Below are positions 59,701-64,000 of a DNA stretch of 64,000 bases, one piece after another. The translations under genes were made by a program, and so were the position numbers. This DNA comes from Phoronis australis (Eukaryota; Animalia; Phoronida): assembly GCA_002633005.1 (NCBI GenBank), contig NMRA01000030.1:1410088-1474087 (forward strand), in the 5' to 3' direction. How positions within the stretch are numbered: the first letter of the stretch is position 1; each line of letters starts with the position of its first letter. The notes beneath the pieces were generated by a model. The model was not told the DNA's origin and did not search any database. It saw nothing but the letters and a program-made list of their open reading frames with translations.

Positions 59701-61114
59701 ATCAACAGTTTTTTAGTACTTAAAAAAGCCCAATACAAGGGAGCTGTTTTTGTAAACTTAGGTGTAAAAGCCTTGTTCAACGCATTTTTTAATTTAAAAA
59801 AACTCACTGTGTGTTTGGGGGGGTTACTGGTGAATGGTGGTGGGGAGGGGGGGGTAATGCGTCGTTGGAATCATGGACGCCCTGGAATATTGGGAACCCA
59901 TTTTGGACACCCTATGTTCGAAATCCTGGATGAAGCCCTGCAATGAAGGCAGTCAAATTACAAATGCCAATGCCTACAACACCAACTATGATACAGACAA
60001 CGCCCACAGCACCAACCATGATACAGACAACAATGGAAACAACACCAACCATGATACAGAAGACAATGTAAACAACACCAACCATGATCCAAATGACAAT
60101 GGAAACAACACCAACCATGATACAGGAGACAATGGAAACAACTCCAACCATTGTACAGATGGCAACGCCTACAACACCAACCAAAATACAGATTATAACC
60201 CCAATGACAACAGCACCAAGCATGATGCAGAGGACAATGCCCACAGCACCAACCATGATGCAGAGGACAATGTCCACAGCACCAAGCATGATGCAGAGGA
60301 CAATGCCCACAGCACCAACCATGATGCAGAGGACAATGCCCACAGCACCAACCATGATGCAGAGGACAATGCCCAAAGCATCAAGCATGCTACAAAGGAC
60401 AATGACCACAACATCAACCATTGTACAAATAACAACACCCACAACACCAACCACAATACAGAAGACAACCCAAATGACAGCAACCATAATGCAAGGGACG
60501 ATGACGAACGCAGCAACATTATTGAGGACAATAGCTACAACACCATATTTCGGCCCAAAAAATAGAACCCAAGCTTTTTATGAGTCACACGTTGTGGGTA
60601 AATTTTGATTTCAATATTGGACAAGAATTGCCAGTTGTAACATGTATACAAGCAAACTAAAAAAACACAACAGAGCAACAGCACAGGCAAAATTTTGCCA
60701 AATAACAATGAAATCAATCAAAAGATGAACTAACAGGTCGGGACCATTAGCCAAATTGTAAGTAAACAATGTCATAACTACCTTTTTGTCATGTCTTGCA
60801 TGTAAGCCCAACCATTTGGGCATAAACACAATTCTCTTATGTCTTAGTCATTACTTAATTAAAAGGACGGTAACTTCTCTCAGTTACTCATAGCACACAC
60901 AAAGCATTTTGTGATTATGCTAGATGGAGATATCAATTGATGAATGGGAAAAGAAACAACAGTATGGTACAAGTATATGACGGTATGGAAATACCTTTTT
61001 TTTAATTCTCTTCCCAGTTTCTGGGTCTTTCTCAGTCTTCTCTGTTTCTACCATGAAGTAATCGTCCAAGGATAGGATACGCGGCGCATTGCCCTTGTTG
61101 GCAATCTCTTTTTC
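47557..61114 (-). CDS. YLPM1: YLP motif-containing protein 1 (ZAP3), 3' part: C-terminal P-loop kinase-like region and PP1-binding RVxW motif; 5' exons lie outside the window
   Basis: Exons 61114-60995, 58839-58663, 55881-55798, 55558-55475, 53826-53740, 48173-48000 and 47703-47557, all phase 0. Peptides APRILSLDDYF, VMEYEYEADMEEAYRKSMFKSFKK, RLDIRPLLQDAAITEVEMED, KSKWE..SETKLDKLDGL and KRVRWADIEE...IGFVVGQT...ALNRTKYI* match human YLPM1. Confidence 0.95.
48000..48173 (-). CDS. YLPM1: YLPM1 exon
   Basis: AHLKKSKWELDVSETKLDKLDGL...MDEYLQLTDDYDSRTSLPGQKR. Confidence 0.92.
50095..50322. repeat. ~58-bp minisatellite, about 4 copies
   Basis: Unit is approximately CCCAGGGCATAAACTCACCCACATGAGATAAGTTCACAGCAGTTCCCATAGAGAATAC. 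Confidence 0.85.
52945..53230. repeat. ~44-bp minisatellite, about 6-7 copies
   Basis: Unit is approximately TAACTATGAGTGGCTCAAAGGCTTGATATCATGTATATACTACTGTG. Confidence 0.85.
53511..53549 (-). other. Candidate 39-nt stop-containing (poison) cassette exon of YLPM1
   Basis: TAGTTTTCAG|TGATGTACTGGTTGAAAACCCATTTGTCACTAAGTAAAG|GTAAGT; there are three stops in phase 0. Confidence 0.4.
53740..53826 (-). CDS. YLPM1: YLPM1 exon
   Basis: VEMEDFTDDLLETEIEKKKQEEKDDEEEW. Confidence 0.88.
54605..54790. repeat. ~45-50-bp diverged tandem repeat
   Basis: Recurrent TCAAGAGTCGCACTTTGGGTTGATATCAAGCA. Confidence 0.75.
55475..55558 (-). CDS. YLPM1: YLPM1 exon
   Basis: IIRSWEDPPPYMIRLDIRPLLQDAAITE. Confidence 0.9.
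55798..55881 (-). CDS. YLPM1: YLPM1 exon
   Basis: VYIAEIMSDANQCAKQNTHKHSVRHIEK. Confidence 0.88.
56580..58342. mobile_element. Kolobok-type element, family A copy 2, in a YLPM1 intron
   Basis: TTAA|AGGAGAATGCCACCC ... GGGTGGCATGCTCCA|TTAA. THAP-like ORF MLRCIVPACSNY...FLLPRESEMLRKWLMVVKN...LRVCG. An internal ~105-bp tandem duplication lies at ~57300-57510. Confidence 0.8.
58663..58839 (-). CDS. YLPM1: YLPM1 exon
   Basis: VMEYEYEADMEE...HFDQFWSYGKSKGWQ. Confidence 0.92.
58910..59940. mobile_element. Non-autonomous hAT element with a perfect 8-bp TSD
   Basis: TSD CAATGAAG at 58902-58909 and 59941-59948; TIRs CAGGCCTTCATGCAG and CTGGATGAAGCCCTG; TGGACGCCC subterminal repeats. Confidence 0.85.
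59965..60545. repeat. 30/33-bp minisatellite, about 17-18 units, in a YLPM1 intron
   Basis: Unit is approximately AGCACCAACCATGATGCAGAGGACAATGCCCAC. It generates the long ORFs on both strands. Confidence 0.9.
60995..61114 (-). CDS. YLPM1: YLPM1 exon
   Basis: EKEIANKGNAPRILSLDDYFMVETEKTEKDPETGKRIKKK. Confidence 0.92.
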
Positions 61115-62491
61115 CTGAAAAGCCATAGGTGTAGTTTTACCTTCCCACTGCACTATGTGTGGAACAACGTGAGGGAGCATATGTTTATAGAAAGGACCAA
61201 ACAGAACCGACACAAACAACAGTTATTCTTAGTTACATTACAATTGATGTGACATCAATGTCAGCTGTATAAATGAACAACTTGTCTTCTGATTGACAAG
61301 CAACTTTCGATATGAGAATAAAATAAGCCCAGATAAATGAGATGATTATTTCACACATGGCCATTAAATGGAACTTAATAACAGTCCCTACAGGTTGCAA
61401 TGCAAAACAGATCTGAAATGCTTATTTCAATAGAAACACATCTGCCACCTTTTATCATGATTCTTTTAACAGCTTGGAGCTTAGCCAGGTTTACAGCAAA
61501 GGACACAAAAACAATAGAAGACCATTAAGGGGCATAATGCAGATCAAATCTAGTTGGAACAAGGGCAGCCAACCAGGAACTTGTATTGAGCCACAGGCCA
61601 CAAGAGGACACCATGGCAGTCTGAAAATCATCGTCAGTCATACACTTTCTCCCAGTAGTATCGAAAACAAGAAGGCTGCGCAGTCTGCTTGAAAGATACC
61701 AATTTGCCAAATTTCATGATAATTCCTTAAGAAACCAAGAAGATAAAGCGGTAAATGCCAAAAAAAAAATTAAATTGGCCCTAAGAGGCACATTGGAAGC
61801 GAGATATGTCTGGAAATTCGCTCATGCCGTCCCATCCATGAAAGGACATATTGGAAAAATTCTGTGAATTTTCACCCAGGGGTTTTGGAGATACAACAGC
61901 GCACGCTGGACAGGGATGAGAATGTAATACACCCTGGTATAAATATGTGAGCGCATAAAACTAAAACAGCCATTAGGGGTCACAGTGGTAGTCAGATCCA
62001 TCCGCAAATTTGCTCATGCCATCCCATCCATGACAGGAACATAATATCTCCATCAAGGGTTATGGAGATAGAGCAGCAGACGCAGGCCAGATGGGAATGA
62101 CATGTTTATCTACATCCATATATCATCTCTGTATGTTATTCTATACATGTACAAGCACATAATTATAAATTATACGTTGGTGTATAAAATGATTTAAAAA
62201 AAGAAGTTATCTTTATTGCTTTAGAGCATGGCCACTAACTTAGAGTTAGTTTCAGTCGGCGAAATAGTGTAGCCAATATCAGCAGTGATAGCAGTTTTTA
62301 ACAAAAATGAGGAAATTGACAGATTCCTGGTTTGCTCTTTTCAATGGCATTTAACGTTTACTGTTGACAATATCCCCCGTGGAAACAAGCAGATAAGTCC
62401 AGAAATTTATGCAGTTCAGCGTCCACAAAATTAAAGCATCATCAAGACATGCAGTGAATTTACAGACAGCATATCAAATGTACATCATTAA

Positions 62492-63673
62492 TGGAGAATG
62501 CCACCCGATTTAATTAGTCTTTTTTGCCGTCTTAATTGGTCAATATCCACATCGCCTCGCATACGGTCGACCATACCTTGCCAAGAGGTGTCGCGTTAAC
62601 CTGTGAGGAAGGTAAGAAACGACGCTAGCGACATCAGTGGTTCAGATGCAGAGTGAATACCATTATGTTGCGGTGCATCGTTCCCACTTGTGCGAACTAA
62701 GCAGCTTCGAGGAAAGCGGGTATATCGGTTTTTTTACTTCCTCGAGAGTCCGAAATGCTTAGGAAGTGGCTCATGGTAGTGAAGAATGAAATGTACGCTG
62801 TAAATAGCAAGTATGAGGCTGTGAAACATCTCCGTGTTTGTGGCCTGCAGACGACTCGACAGTGCCTGACGAATGCCGGCTAAACCAAATAACTCCATAC
62901 GTTCCGTTGTCTGAGCTTGTTCACGGCGCCTCTCTAGTATTTCTTCATCACTGTATTCCTGTCTGAATTGATAGCCTGTAAAACGATCGACCTGCGAAGT
63001 CGAGACTGATGAGCTCTAGCTCGTCCAAAGTCGGGATTGCGAGTTGCCATGTTGGCGTTTATTACTGAGCATTCTGTTTCAAAATGATTTATTCTCACCC
63101 TAACCAATACTTATATAAGTCTGAAACAAAGCCTGTCTCATTAGATGCAATTTGTGATGCCTTTGGAGTGTTCGTGAGAGCAAATGATTAGAGAAGCCAG
63201 AAATGAATAAATCACTGTGTTACCCGGCTGGCTTTAGGTGCAATAAAACTAATTGACGGGACACCTAGGCCGTGTGAGCTCATGCTAATTTAGTGTTTGC
63301 TGCAGAAACTGTTGTGAAAGAGCTCGATTTCCATCCCACGACCAGGTGTTAAGGGAATCTTTTACATTTACATTACTCAAATAATGATTGTCAAAGAATG
63401 TACAACTTCTGCCCTGACGTTGCTGTAGCCAAAGCGGAACCTGAATTCGCGGCCCCCGACGAGTAAGTAGATTTGCAGTTTCGTGGCTAATTCACCAACA
63501 TAATTAGGTGCACATTACTTTGGCTCACTAGTATAGTATTTTCTTGACTGGAAGTTTCCATTGAACTTTGGCTGGTTTATGTTCGTGATGTCTGATCATT
63601 TTCCGAGCCACTGGTGGGGATAACGAGTCAATCCGGTCGGCCGCAACGGGCCTGTTAGTTGGTGGGCCAGATC
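62492..63673. mobile_element. Kolobok-type element, family A copy 3 (right end truncated)
   Basis: Starts TTAA|TGGAGAATGCCACCC and is colinear and highly similar to copy 2 until ~63670. Confidence 0.8.
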
Positions 63674-64000
63674 TCATAGCATTCATCCTTGTGAGTACTT
63701 TGGGGGGGGGCATCCTAGTTTTTTCTATGTGGCCAGATAATATACCTATAAATCAAATTCCAAAAAGTTCCCACGTCTACACTTGCACATTTTTTAAAAA
63801 AAGGTGTTTTTGTTGCACAAAATATGATGCATATTCCTGTCACTTGGTGGCGCATTTCTATTGAATTGACCAATCAGAGAGCCAGATTGTATTGTTGTGC
63901 TTAGTTACTTCAATATGGCTGCTCCCATGGAGTGCGATGCCTGTATAATTCAAGGTTTATCAAACAGCACAAAATTGTGATGTCAGAGCCTAAAGAAGCT

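Overview
AT-rich, intron-containing animal nuclear DNA, probably a marine invertebrate (lophotrochozoan-like; this is inference). Three host genes could be built by hand from splice sites and frame continuity. (1) A minus-strand type I membrane protein of about 661 aa with a signal peptide, one C-type lectin domain, 5 sushi/CCP domains, a TM helix and a tail ending in a PDZ-type motif (7500-16808, selectin-like but with no EGF domain). (2) A plus-strand Hlx/H2.0-like homeobox gene (21171-25168, 4 exons, about 260 aa). (3) The last 7 coding exons of YLPM1/ZAP3 on the minus strand (47557-61114); its 5' part lies outside the window. The rest is mostly transposon debris: two Kolobok-type families (TTAA-flanked, THAP relic, one also with a convergent KolX/P2X7-ballast-like ORF), Academ, Harbinger, hAT MITEs, Penelope-like elements with hammerhead motifs, a Crypton-like tandem dimer, Helentron-like repeats, an L1/Tx1 fragment and many minisatellites. 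The best leads are a candidate stop-codon cassette exon just upstream of the YLPM1 PP1-docking motif, the selectin-like receptor, the Kolobok THAP+KolX elements and the hammerhead ribozyme motifs. All family assignments come from remembered motifs; no searches were run.
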